Positions 25,051 through 37,272 of a DNA stretch of 64,000 nt are shown piece by piece. The notes under the pieces were generated by a model. The model did not search any database. It was not told where the DNA came from and saw only the letters and a program-made list of their open reading frames with translations. Every line of letters starts with the position of its first letter. Positions within the stretch are counted from its first letter, which is position 1. Location of the stretch: the NCBI RefSeq assembly GCF_018977255.1, contig NW_024704742.1:130946001-131010000 (forward strand), in the 5' to 3' direction. A program made the translations under genes and the position numbers. This DNA comes from Callorhinchus milii. Taxonomy: Eukaryota.

Positions 25051-28000
25051 GTATGAGTTGGGATAACTGCTGGAATCTGACCAGCTTTGACATTACTGCA
25101 TAGTGGGATCAGGACAGAAGTGTTCACCCTAGATCTGCTTCACTGCACATAACTGTGTCGGTGCAGGAAATTGAATTGCCAGCTATGGCACGCTCTCCCC
25201 CTCCCCCCACCCACTCACCCCACTGGTCAGTTTAGAACTAAACAAAAAGCAATGAAGGGGCTGTGGAAATGTGGAATCACTGCTCCAGAACGCAGTAGAG
25301 ATAGAATCAATCGGGATGTTTAAAAAGGAGATGGATAGTTACTTGGGAAACAAGGGTTCTAACAGGTATGGAGGAAAGGTATGGAAATGGGGTTAAATGA
25401 TCTGCCAATGCTCTTTGAAGCAATGTTGACAATACATTGGGTTGTTCATCAGTTCTTGTCACAAAGCAGCCTCTATTAGTGAATCGCTCTCACGCAAAGC
25501 TAGTCACGGACACCTGAGAATCTATGCAGTCACAGAATAATCAACTAGGCTCACAAAGCAATGTTCTGTTTGTAAAACAGTATAAATAAAGCTTGGAATG
25601 ACAGAACTGCTGCCAGCAGTAAGAGCAGTGATATTCCCCCTGTTTGAGTCTAACAGGATGTCCCCATTATAATCGCACATTGGCCTACATGAAACTCCGA
25701 GAGGAATTACAGCTCTCTGCAGTGTGAAATATTCCTGTCTTAGAGTTTGCATCATCACAGTTTGGATACTCTTAAGCAAGGTGATGGATTTCCACATGTG
25801 TCAAACACCCAACTGACCTAAAAAAAATTGCAGTAGAAGCTTATTGGGATGAGTATTGTCATTCTATTTGTCAAGAATCAGGCAGTCACTTATATTACTA
25901 ACCCCTTTGCCTAAGCAGTTACCAATTTGTGAGATTGGCAAGAGGATTTGTAAACAACAAACCCTGGGGTCAACAAACCCTGTGGTTACTCTGCCTGATC
26001 CCTGCTTCATGGAAATCCAAAACTAAGCTTGGTATTCGAGTGGAGTTGCAACAACTTGCAGTCATACAGCTCCCTTCATGCGGGGTAGAGTCTGGGAGTG
26101 TTTAAATTCCAAAGGGTCAGATGCGATTTTTATTAAAAAATCCTGTTACAAAATGCCACAAACTTGACCCGTTTATCTATTCTTAACTACTCTCAGCAGG
26201 ATTCTAAAGTGATCAGAAATGGAGCCAATTTAATTGGTTATATCTAATTGCGTTCTACAGTTCAACAACAGCAGCAACTTGCACTTATACATTGCCCTTC
26301 TTCAATGCAAATACAGGTTTGGCATTTAGGTAAGTAACTGTGAGAAATTGGATGCTGGTGGAGTGGGGGGATAATGTGAGCAATATTTGACAATTAATTA
26401 CTACACTGGCTAGAAAGGTTCTAATTCGAAGGTTACTGGCATCGGTGAGACAGTGAATCATCACATCACATTAGTCAGTTATTAGGCAACTTCATTAATA
26501 TAAGTGATGTACTGATTCTTGACAAATACAATAATACTCATCCCAATAAACTTCTATTACAATGTTTTGGGGGTCAGCCAAGTGTCTGACACATGCGGAA
26601 ACCCATCACCATGCTTAAGAGTATCCAAACCACACTGAGCACTTCAGGCATCCCACCTACACATGAAAATCCCAGAGATATTTATTGGAATGGAATGTGC
26701 ACTGTCTCCCTGGAGGGACACAACCTTCTTACCTAAATCTGGAAAGTATTAGGTGCATATTGATTGGAGCTAGGGCTTGGGGCCCTTCTATTACCAGAGT
26801 GATCTGTTCAGTCCCTGTTACCTGCCTGCTTGCCTTATTCCTCATTTTGCTTCATTTAACCATCTCATTCCCACCCCCACTAACACCCCCCACCCCCACC
26901 TCGACTTTGAAGTATGAGCCTCGACTTAGCTTGAGATACACAAAAGAAACGGTTACACCTGTGCTTCTGACAATGCACGAAAGGACAGAGCTCCCAATGG
27001 GGATCTCTTTTTCTGAGATAAACAGAGCCGTGGGCAAAATAATAAATCACTTAAAGGCATGAGCTTTACATAGTATTTATATTGGCTTATTCAAAGGTTT
27101 AAGAAAAGAAAGTGAAGCGGAGATGGGGTCCAGGATGGGCGTGGTGATAGTGGTGCTGGAGGGGGTTGGGAGAGATGGGTGGTGGGTGGAGGTGGTGACA
27201 GAAAATAGCCACAAGGAAAGACATGGAGATGTGTTAACAATCAAGTAACAAGTTAGGTCACTGCACATCCCACAAATAATCCTTCCCGACAGAGAACATC
27301 CAGCCAATGTGGCATTTTTAATCTTCATTCTGGTCTTTTTAAGTTGCAAATTGCGGTTGGCGTAAACGGCATAGGCTTGTTTAATTTTTCTGTTAAAAAC
27401 CCTTTGAGGACAACAAAAGACAATTTGAACTACTTTACAATTCTCAAATCCCTCTCCTGCCGTCACTGAGCTTTTGATGCTGGTGTAGCACGGAGGAGGA
27501 CTGGAGCTCAGCTCATAAGCTGAGCAGGGAATTTGGCATTTTGGTGCACCAAAGCTCCTGCAGTCTTCACAGGGTTTAAACAACAGATGCAATATGGAAG
27601 CGTCCCCAAATAAAGGTTACAGGACTGCTATGTGGTGGAACTGTATAATAATAATAATTAATAATAATCCTTGCGTTTTATATGGCGTCTTATCACATCG
27701 TTGAGATGTCACAAAGCGCTTCACAGAATATATTGTGAAGTGGATTGATTATATCGTGTGGGCGAAATTTGAAATATTTTGAGTAAGAGTTAGACATAAA
27801 CCATTTAGGTCCAGTTGAGCTTCACAGGAGAAGAAAAAGAGATGAAAGAAAGAATGCACCACCCTATCTTCCTTTACACTTGGGAAAGAGCAATGTCCTG
27901 TGAGAAACACAGGCGTAAGCAGCCTCTGAAGACCAGCTTTAAGAACACAGCAAAGAGAGACCACAGAACAAGATTGAAAAATAACAGAGGCTGGATGTCA

Positions 28001-29917
28001 CTTTCAGCCCTTGCTCAGTTTACAGTTGTCAGGACTCGCAGAACAGACCGACATAACATTTAACTGGTTAGAGATATCTTTGTTCTTTGCATTTTTTATT
28101 AAGTGACAAATGTACCATATGATGCCATACAAAAAGGTGTCGAAAATCCCATATTACAGTAAAACATATATTAAAAATCTCCGTTCCTCAGTTTAACAAA
28201 CATACATCTTAAAATGTCAAGGAAACCATTGAGCGTTTGTCGCAACAATTCAACTGAAGGAAGGTTTGACTGCTGAACGTGCTAAGCTTTAGCACTGTTG
28301 ACTCAATGAAACAATTTAATAATAAATTATGAAATATTTTATGCTTTCTTTTATTTATATTCCTCTCTGCAATAAATATGTTTACACAGCATAGTAGGTC
28401 ATTCTGCAATACTACAAAAAAACTATATTGCCCTCATTAATCAGGCCATTAAATGGTGGATGGGTTTACAGTGGGACCCAGGCAAAACTACTGACCTGGC
28501 AGATGGGTCTTTTTTGAACGTAGTTTCAAAAGACATTGAAACTTTGATGCAATCAATGTGTGTTGGAAGAGCGCTGATGGGAGTTCCACTATGTACAAGT
28601 TAATCTCATCAACGATTGTCTTATTTCCTTGAATACAACCAATTGGTTCAGCATGGTATTGACCAAGTACCAAGTCAGGTCAAATGGCCTGTTTCCGTGC
28701 CATACTCTATGTATCGCTCCAGAACAGATGTTTTACCCATTTGTTGGAGACAGCTGATATGGGACTAAATACAATGTAAAAAGAGCTGTGACTCTCTCCC
28801 AGTGTAAAAAGGTGGACGTTTAATTTGTTTATTCTGTTCAATTTGGCTCTAGAATTACTTTTCATCTCGTGGGGAATATTTTGTTTGAGGATTTTTGACT
28901 GTTTTTGAAGGATAAAAGGTGCAGGAAAGTAGCACAACTATAGAGGTCTGGATAAGTAAAACATTCCAGCGGACAGAGGTCATTTTTAAAATTATTAAGG
29001 AAAATACCGTTTTGGCTACTTTAACCATACAGCCTAAAGGACTCCCTTGGGGGAGTGGGGTTGGTGGCGGGGGGTGGAGTGGGGCAATTGACATTGTTCT
29101 TAGGGATGGACAAATTTCCTTTCTGTCAAATAGGAGCTCAATCCAAATGGGAAAGGTCGCCATTCTCTATTCTGTATCATAATAATGATAATCCTTGCAT
29201 TTGATATAGCGCTTTCTCACGTTGAGAGAAAGCGCTTCACAGAATATACTGTATTGAATGTATATTTTGTGGGCAAAATCAAACGTAATAGAAAAGGGTG
29301 GCTTTGTTCTCAGTAACACCCTCACCATCAAGGAACCAAATAAAGAAGAGTTAAGTTCACTTGGCGAAGTCTTGTGGTTTTCCACTAGAAAACAACTCCA
29401 GTTCAATTCAGTTTCACTCGAATTTCAGGCCAGCATATTGCAACCATCTCAAACTAGTAAACCGATCAGAAAGCATTTCTATTTTGAAGCTGTGGGTTCG
29501 TATGATTTGGATAATTTGGGGATTTGCTCCATAAACTCTAGTTGTATGAACACGGAAATATTCAAGACCTTTGTTCCATTCAAGGAAATACAATATTCTG
29601 CAAGTCTACGTACAAGAGTTTCTGGTAATCTAAAAGCAAAGCAAGAATATTGTAGTGTTAAATACAATTCAGCCCTTTGCCCTCAGCAGTCTATACATTT
29701 TTTTCTCAGTAAAGCAATCTGTTAATTGAAGCAAAGGGAGGTTTGGTATTCGGAGGGGAAAGGTTAAACGTTAATTCACAAAAGAGCTAAACCCTTCGCG
29801 CGCTGCATTGACCCACTTATAGACATAATTATTTCAGTGTATTGACAATAAAATGTATTTTCTTTAAAACCATGTTTTCACAGAATAGCAAGTGAACTTT
29901 TTTTTATCTGTACCCAC

Positions 29918-30061
29918 CAAAGCATTTACTTTGGTTTGTCGCTCGATCCACAAACACTTTTGAGGAGATGACATTACCGAAAGGCAGGAACATTTGCATG
30001 AGCTCAGCGTCTCCGAACTCCTGAGGGAGGTGATAGATAAACAGGTTGCAGCCCTCCGGAC
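29918..30061 (-). CDS. CELF4: CELF4 RRM3 first exon: [48 protein letters not shown]
   Basis: 144 nt inside ORF 29904..30140; RNP2 [27 protein letters not shown] fits CELF4 better than CELF3/5/6 as I recall them; acceptor tctctgcag, donor G|gtgggt. Confidence 0.96.
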
Positions 30062-30179
30062 CTGCAGAGAAAGCATTGTACCACATTGGAAAGGTGACAG
30101 ATGGCACACAAGTGGATAACATGAATAAGAAGTAGCACATTCAGTTTCCCAAAGACGTCGAAACATATATAATAATAAT

Positions 30180-30392
30180 AAAACAAAAACAGAAGTCGCT
30201 GGGAACACTCAACAGGTCAGGCAGCATCTATGGAGAAAGAAAAGTGAGTCAACGTTTCGGGTCCACGACCCTTCGTCAGAAACGAAACGTTGACTCACTT
30301 TCTTTTCTCCATAGATGCTGCCTGACCTGCTGAGTGTTCCCAACGACTTCTGTTTTTGTTTTCAGATTTCCAGCATCTGCAGTATTTTGCGT
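30180..30392. mobile_element. Penelope-like element terminus forming a long inverted repeat
   Basis: Arms 30180-30259 and 30283-30362 nearly perfectly complementary; gatgctgcctgacctgctgag...cagatttccagcatctgcagt resembles shark Penelope-type ends (from recall). Confidence 0.75.
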
Positions 30393-30717
30393 TTGTTTTA
30401 TAACAATAACCCTGACATTTGATATATCACGTTGTCGAGACATCTCACAGCGCTTCACAGAGTCTACTGTTAAGTGAATTGGCTATATATTTTGTGGGCA
30501 AAATACATGCTCAGGATACATTGTGTGGGCAGTTTTAATCTTGAAACAGGTTTTCTGTAGACTTTTTAAAAAGAAACAAAATGTTAAAATACCTGTGTAG
30601 GTTTAGACCAAGGTTGAGTGTCTCCTCTATAAGTTGCCTTTGTTGAATTAGGAAAATCCCATTGCAAATGAACATTGCCTTAAACCTTTGTCACAGGTAG
30701 GTACTAGTCGCTAACAG

Positions 30718-30925
30718 TATAATAATAATAATAATCCTTGCATTTGATATAGCGCTTTTCACGTCGGGAGGTCGTCCCAAAGCGCTTCACAGAACACACT
30801 GTAAAGTGAATTGACTGTACATTTGTGGGCGAACGCGGCAGCCAATTGCGCACAGCAATGTCCCACAAACAGTCGTAGATTGAAAATGTCCAATTTATTA
30901 TTGTTTTTGGTTTTTGGAGGGATTA
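30718..30925 (-). mobile_element. Young SINE family A 3' half
   Basis: Nearly identical to the 33541 and 57466 copies. Confidence 0.88.
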
Positions 30926-32149
30926 TGGAGTATCACTAAAATACTGGAGTGTGTATGTGTTGGGATACTGTCGGAGTCCAACCAGCTGAAACAGCATAGT
31001 GTGCCATTGAAAGCAATCTAACCAGTTTGCTATTGATAGCACTGTCTGGCAAGCTTCCCCGTTGCTTATTCAGACAGGAACACACTGCCCATTAGGGCTT
31101 CGGCTTGTAGGGTTAATAGGAGCTGAGGTGGGAAGATTCCTTGCCCCCAATGACTGGTCTGCCCTTCCAAGTCCTGCCGATGAGCCAGGATGGCTGTGCC
31201 GTCACCAGCAGTGCCCGGGAATACTGCGTACCCGCCTGGATCAGGAACTGGATTACCGAGACTGCCACAGATGGTTGGCTTGATTCTGACAGTGAAAGAG
31301 AAATGTATTTATCGCTGGGCTGGGCACGCAGATAGTGGTAGAAGAGCAAAGCACGAATGAATGGGGAAAGGTGGACTCAGGGTAAGTAATGTAATGCAAT
31401 TTGCTGCGCTAAATGTTTTCAATTGTACTTGACAAGGTTTGAATTTGATTTTACTTCAAAATGCGTTTCAAAATTTATGAAGTCTTCCATTGCATTTGAA
31501 GAGTGAAGTTTTCATTGTGACCCTGCAGATTACTATGGCATTAACGGCATTTATTCATTCACATCACTGACAAAACTTAAAATGAACAAGTCAGTCTGGG
31601 AGCTGACAGCAACCCATTTTCACTTCATTAAAATGTATTAGCCTTGGCTTCATCTGAATGATGGGAACTCACTATTTCTTCCTTTTAATAGTAAATTGAG
31701 TCCTAATGAATATTTGCTAACCAGTATTCCCTTGGCTAATATGTTATTATCATACTTGCCAAGGATGAATTGTTAATGCTAATGCAGCCTTTTCACAGAG
31801 GTTCATGGTCCCTGTGACATTTCCCGGGAATTAAAGATGTGGAAATACCAATAAAATTGCTGTCAAAGCTTCCCAGTGACACCCACTGGTCCTGCATTTG
31901 ATCCTTTCTGTGTCCAACTGATACAACATCCTCTTATAGGCTGGTCAGTCCAGTACATTATAAATAATATTCAGACCTGTAATTTTGTTAGGACGAACCT
32001 TGCAATTGGTTTTATACTGTGTGGCCCTGCAGGGTAATAATCCTTGCATTTGATATATATCACGTCGTTGAGACGTCTCAAAGCACTTCACAGAATATAC
32101 TGTAAAGTGAATTGATTGTACATTTTGTGAACGAAACGCCCCACAGGTG

Positions 32150-32430
32150 TTATCAGATGGAAGAACCAAATTAGAGCTAGGCCTGATAGGAGTGAAACCA
32201 GAAGCATTTTTGTCACACAAAGGACTGTGGAAATCTAGACTTCTCTCCGCTAAGAGTCTCAAGTGGAATTTTCAAAATTTTCATTGAGGTTGATAGATAT
32301 TTGTTAGGTAATGCCATCGAGGGATATGGAGAAAAGGTGGGGAATTGGAATTGAGATACAGATCAGCCATGATCAAATAGAATGGTGGAACAGGCTCGGG
32401 GGGCTGAATGGCCCACTCCTGTTCCTACGT
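32150..32430 (+). mobile_element. CR1 3' end
   Basis: gatcagccatgatc...gaatggtggaacaggctcg.ggggctgaatggcc.actcctgttcct. Confidence 0.8.
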
Positions 32431-33422
32431 GGCTCTTACATTTCCCTCAGGATCTTGTTGCTGTGTCAATACCTTGTTTGCATTGGAAACCACAGCACCC
32501 AATCTACTAGCAAAACTGTGGCTTTCCTATTTTGGCCGTGGACTTTCCCCATTGCCAGGGGTAAGTGTTAATAATACTTGCATTTTGATATAAAAATAAT
32601 AATCCTGGCATTTGATACAGCGCCTATAATGTCAAAATATCTCACCTACATCACAATGCATTTACCTCCGAAATACACAGTCATTGCATAATGAAGGAAT
32701 GGGTGGCCTGTAGCCAGGTTGAAATGGTTTATTCAGTCTTACAGTAGGTCAAAGTGTCTGAAAGTTACATCCTGAACAACATTAGCAGGACATTGTGAGT
32801 CAAAAAGGTGTTCGCTATTACAAATTGCTCACATTTTATAATCTAACCTCTGTGGCATTGTTACTGTGATTGCATCGAGGGATTCACAGAGGTGTTGCTC
32901 ACTGTAGTGAAGTACATGATTAGGCAGCACACAGTGTACGTTAGATCTTGTAATGGCATAACCTGTCAGCGATAAACTTCACTTCTACATTCAAAACACA
33001 TGCCGACAGCGGGAGTTTCACCGCTGGCTATAACAATAACAAGAAAGCATCGAAGAAGAATGGGCTATTTGGGTTGGACTGGCTGAATTGTCTTTGCTCT
33101 CGCTTTTCCTCGCTGAATTTCCTCACCCCACAACCCCTAATTATCCCCAGCCCGGATAGTAACCTGCAGGCTTCTTCAACTCACTTGATTTCAAAGTAAC
33201 AAATTAATCCCATTATTTCAGCATTAGACTTTACTTACCAACAATCAACTACTTTGAAAACCTTTTTTAAAAAATGTTCATTTTATCCTTATTTGAATAC
33301 ACAAACACACGTTCCAGTCTGTAACTCACTCATAGCTTAATTTCTCCTCTATAATCCAGTCACCTTGTTGATGATGGAGAGAAACCTCTCTCTTGTGTAC
33401 TGCAATGCCATGTGAAACTTAC

Positions 33423-33503
33423 CTTCTCTCTGTTGCTGGGGGATCATAGGAGGAGGCTGTGGAAAGGCTTGACTGATCTGGCCATACGCAGCAGGATAGG
33501 CAG
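33423..33503 (-). CDS. CELF4: CELF4 coding exon: [27 protein letters not shown]
   Basis: 81 nt inside ORF 33349..33693; acceptor gtgttacag, donor G|gtaagt. Confidence 0.95.
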
Positions 33504-33540
33504 CTGTAACACAGTGTAAGAGATAGTACTTCAGGTGAGC

Positions 33541-33866
33541 ATAATAATAATAATAATAATCCTTGCATTTGATATAGCGCTTTTCACATCGGGAGGACGT
33601 CCCAAAGCGCTTCACAGAACACACTGTAAAGTGAATTGACTGTATATTTGTGGGTGAACGCGGCAGCCAATTGCACACAGCAATGTCCCACAAACAGTCG
33701 TAGATTGAAAATGACCAATTTATTATTGTTTTGTTTTGGAGGGATTATTATTAGGCTCTGTGTGGAGTAAGGAAACTTGCCCAAGGTTTCGCCCTCTGCC
33801 TGGAATTGAACTCAGGTCTCTCGCTTGCAAAGCGAGTGCTCTAACCACTGAGCTACAGGACTCCAC
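33541..33866 (-). mobile_element. Full-length young SINE family A
   Basis: Complete head/core/tail; an older copy follows at ~33885-34170. Confidence 0.9.
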
Positions 33867-34865
33867 AAAGCATTGCGTTTTTACAAATAATAATAATAAT
33901 CCCTGCATTCAATATATAGCGCCTTAACATGTCATTGAGATGTTTCAAAGCGCTTAGCAGAGTATAGTGTAAAGTGTATTTTGTGGGTGAATCATGGCAG
34001 CCAATTGCGCACAGCAGTTTCCCACAAATAGTCATGGATTGAATGACCCAATTTTTGGGTGGAGGGATTATTATCCCCGGATCGACTCACAATCAGGTTC
34101 CTACTTAATGCTAAATAAACAGAGGTGTGTGGAGTCAAGACTTGTCTAAGGTCTTGCCCTGCCTGGGAACCGGTTTTACTTTAACTTGCAGGTAAATAAG
34201 CAAACCACCCAGTAAATCCCTTTCAATTTGTTTGGAAATGTTATTTAATCACGGATCACCTAATATCTGCAACCAATGCAGTCAGGTGTGACTGCAGGAA
34301 TGATATGAAACATTTCCCTAGTTTCCTCTGTATTTTAAACTCATGAACACATTGATCAGTATGATTAGGCATGGCGGTCCTGCTATGAGAGTATTATAAG
34401 AATACGGTTTGTTGTAACTATGCTGGATTGTGTTGCTACGAAATGATAATCAAAGGCTATGGAAAGATTAAGGATTAATTATATCACAGGTGTGTGGAGT
34501 AAGGAAACTTGCTTAACAATTTGCTCTGCCAGGGAATTGAATCCAGGTTATAGTTATGGGCACCTGTAATTTATATCATTTATTATCATGTCTTTCTATT
34601 GTGAGGCTTGTGAGAAGCATTTATCTGAGTGTGGTCCTTTTGTCTGTGGCTTCTTCCTCATCCAGATTGCTCTGTGCATGCGAGGATCTTACTTTTTCCC
34701 TGATGATTTTGAACTGCACTGAAACTTAATAAGTAATATTTAATAAATTGTGGATTAACTCTGTGTTAACCTTTCCACCAGTGTTTAAATTTGAATAAAA
34801 AGGTCTCCAGCATGGCATTTTGTGTTGCCATGACATTATCTCTCAGGTATGCAGAGGCAAAAGTG

Positions 34866-35790
34866 TCAGAGCCGGACGACGTTGCGGAGGTGGGGGAGGG
34901 CAGAGCGGGTCATGGCGTAGATTTGGGGTAGAAAGGATAATTGAGGGTCAAACAAGACCCCAAGGTTCCGGAATGGCTTAGTAAGGTGGAGTGTGCAACC
35001 ATGGATGGTGACGTTGTCAGTGCCTGAGGTGAGGAGGCGCTGACGGGAGCCAATCAGGAGGGCCTCAGTCTTGTTGACATTCAACTGAAGAAAGTTAGCT
35101 CTCATCCAGGACTTGATGTCTGACAAACATTCTGTCAGCACAACAGTGGTCCTGGAGTCAAGGGTGGAGGCAGAGAGGTAGAGTTGGGTGTCATCCGCAT
35201 ACACGTGGAAGTTGACCCCATGTCTGCGGATGATGTCACCAAGAGGGAGCATATAGATGTCGTAGAAGAGGGGACCAAGGACAGAGCCCGGAGGAACACC
35301 GCACAAGATCAGGAGCTAGAGGAGAAGCCGTTTGAGAACATGAAGTGCAGGCGGTGTGAGAGGTACGATCTGAACCAATCAAGGACAGCGCTATGGAGGT
35401 TGAGGTGAGAGGAGAAGCGGTGGATGAGGATAGCATGGTCGATGGTGTCGAAAGCACCAGAGAGGTCAAGGAGTATGAGGAGGCAAAAGGAGCCCTGGTC
35501 GCAGATGGACAGAATGTCATTTGTCACTTTGACCACGGCTGTTTCTGTGCTGTGGGCGGCACAGAAACCCAATTGGAAGGGTTCGAGAAGGGAATGGCGG
35601 GAGAGGAAGGAGCGAAGCTGAGAAGCAACAACTTGTTCCAGGATCTTGGAGAGGAAGGGGAGGTTGGAGATGGGGCGGTAGTTAGGGAGTAGAGAAGGGT
35701 CCAAGGAGGGTTTTTTAAGGATAGAAGTGATGACAGTGGTTTTTAAAGGGGTGAGAACAGTATCAGAGGACACGGTGCACGGTGATGCAT
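34866..35790 (-). mobile_element. L2 LINE reverse transcriptase fragment (frameshifted)
   Basis: NYRPISNLPFLSKILE, HSTETA, LLDLSGAFDTIDH, GVPPGSVLGPL, HVYADDTQLY. Confidence 0.95.
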
Positions 35791-37237
35791 TAGACAAAGA
35801 AAAGGATTGGTTTCTGTCCACGATGTCTGTGGAAGGTGACTTGACTTGGAGGATGGGGTGCGTATGGAAGTGTAGGATGTCTTCTCACACTACAAGATAG
35901 GTTTGGATGAAGAAGTCCCTTTGGCCCATTTGATCTCATCCTTCCATAACACCCACCCTTCTGTTTTCGAATCACAGCGTCAAGTGTCCCTGGCCTCAAC
36001 CACCCTTCCTGGCAACCTATTCCAGTTGCTAATTATCCTCCAGATAAAGAAATACTTCCAGATATCTATGTTGAAATTGCCCTTCAATTCCAAGGATAAA
36101 GCTCTTCTTCTACTGTCTCGGTACATGTTTCCCTGTGCGAAACCGAGAAAATCCTGGCAAGATGAAGAAAGCCAAGCAGCCAATGTGCAGCAAGCTAGTT
36201 ACAGAGCAGGACTGGTCTGGTGAGTAGCATTGTGCTGTTTGGCAGTAGTTAACAAGGTACAGGATGCCGTATGTCTCCAGCAGAATAAACTAAACTAAAC
36301 AAAGCTGCAATTTTTTTTAACGGAAGATCTGCCTCAACAATAGTACATCAGAGAGATCAGAGAGCAAATCTGAGCCAGGCTGACACCTGATGAACAGGTT
36401 ATGAACACAATTTATTTTATCCCTGTGTTATATGTTGTTAAACACTTGATGATGGTCATGGCAGGGGGCGGGGGGTGGGGGGTGGAGGGAGCCTGGTGAG
36501 TCCACCTTATACTGATCACTGTAAACCTCCAGCAAAATGATCTCTGCTTATCGTGATTAGTGTAAGATAACCCCAACCCCCACTTCTCCATTGGAATAAC
36601 TACAGACCCCCCGCCCCGTCACCTCGTCCCGCATAGATCAGGGTATTTCTATGGACAGATTAATACAATTCTAGCTGCTCACTTCATTGCCTCGTATTCA
36701 GGCGGTAAAGTCAATCTGTCAATCAATCTCTTTTATCTTGACACTTCCTGTTCAAGGTTAATTGTATTTGATGGACTGTCTGTATGGTCTAGTAGGTATC
36801 CAGGGCAAAGCAATTTTCAACTTTAAAGAGCGAGAGAGAGAGAGAGAGAGAGAGAGGGGAAATAATCCCAAAGTTTGAGATGCAAGCCGCAGACTTTGCA
36901 GCGTCAGGGAAAATAAATTATGGATTTTGCACAAAAAATCGATTGTGTGGAAATATGGATTTAAGGGAGCGCACCCTGAACACTGAGCTGTCAATCATTC
37001 AGGACGCCAACTGTTAACCATCAATTTCGTCCTTCGGGTAATGAAGACTTTCGGCAGCTCTCAGAGATGCCAGGCGCCTTCTCCCAGGTAGCATCTGTAA
37101 ACATTAATTTTCTTGTAACGTTTTTTTTTACATTATAAAGTATAATTAGAGGAACGTACGGGAAGAACCAGCTGGCATTTCCTAATTCACAATATTTTCT
37201 GAACAAACCGAACCAATTATAATCTTCTTGCAGTTTC

Positions 37238-37272
<35 letters not shown>

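Noticed and set aside
29258..29725. 155-aa plus-strand ORF antisense to a CELF4 intron (similarly 27077..27592, 55484..55927)
   Set aside because: No domain similarity or splice support; the 29258 ORF starts in a SINE
31380..31900. TE-free AT-rich block with TGACAG and TAAT motifs
   Set aside because: Plausible conserved element, but the motifs are too short to support without an alignment
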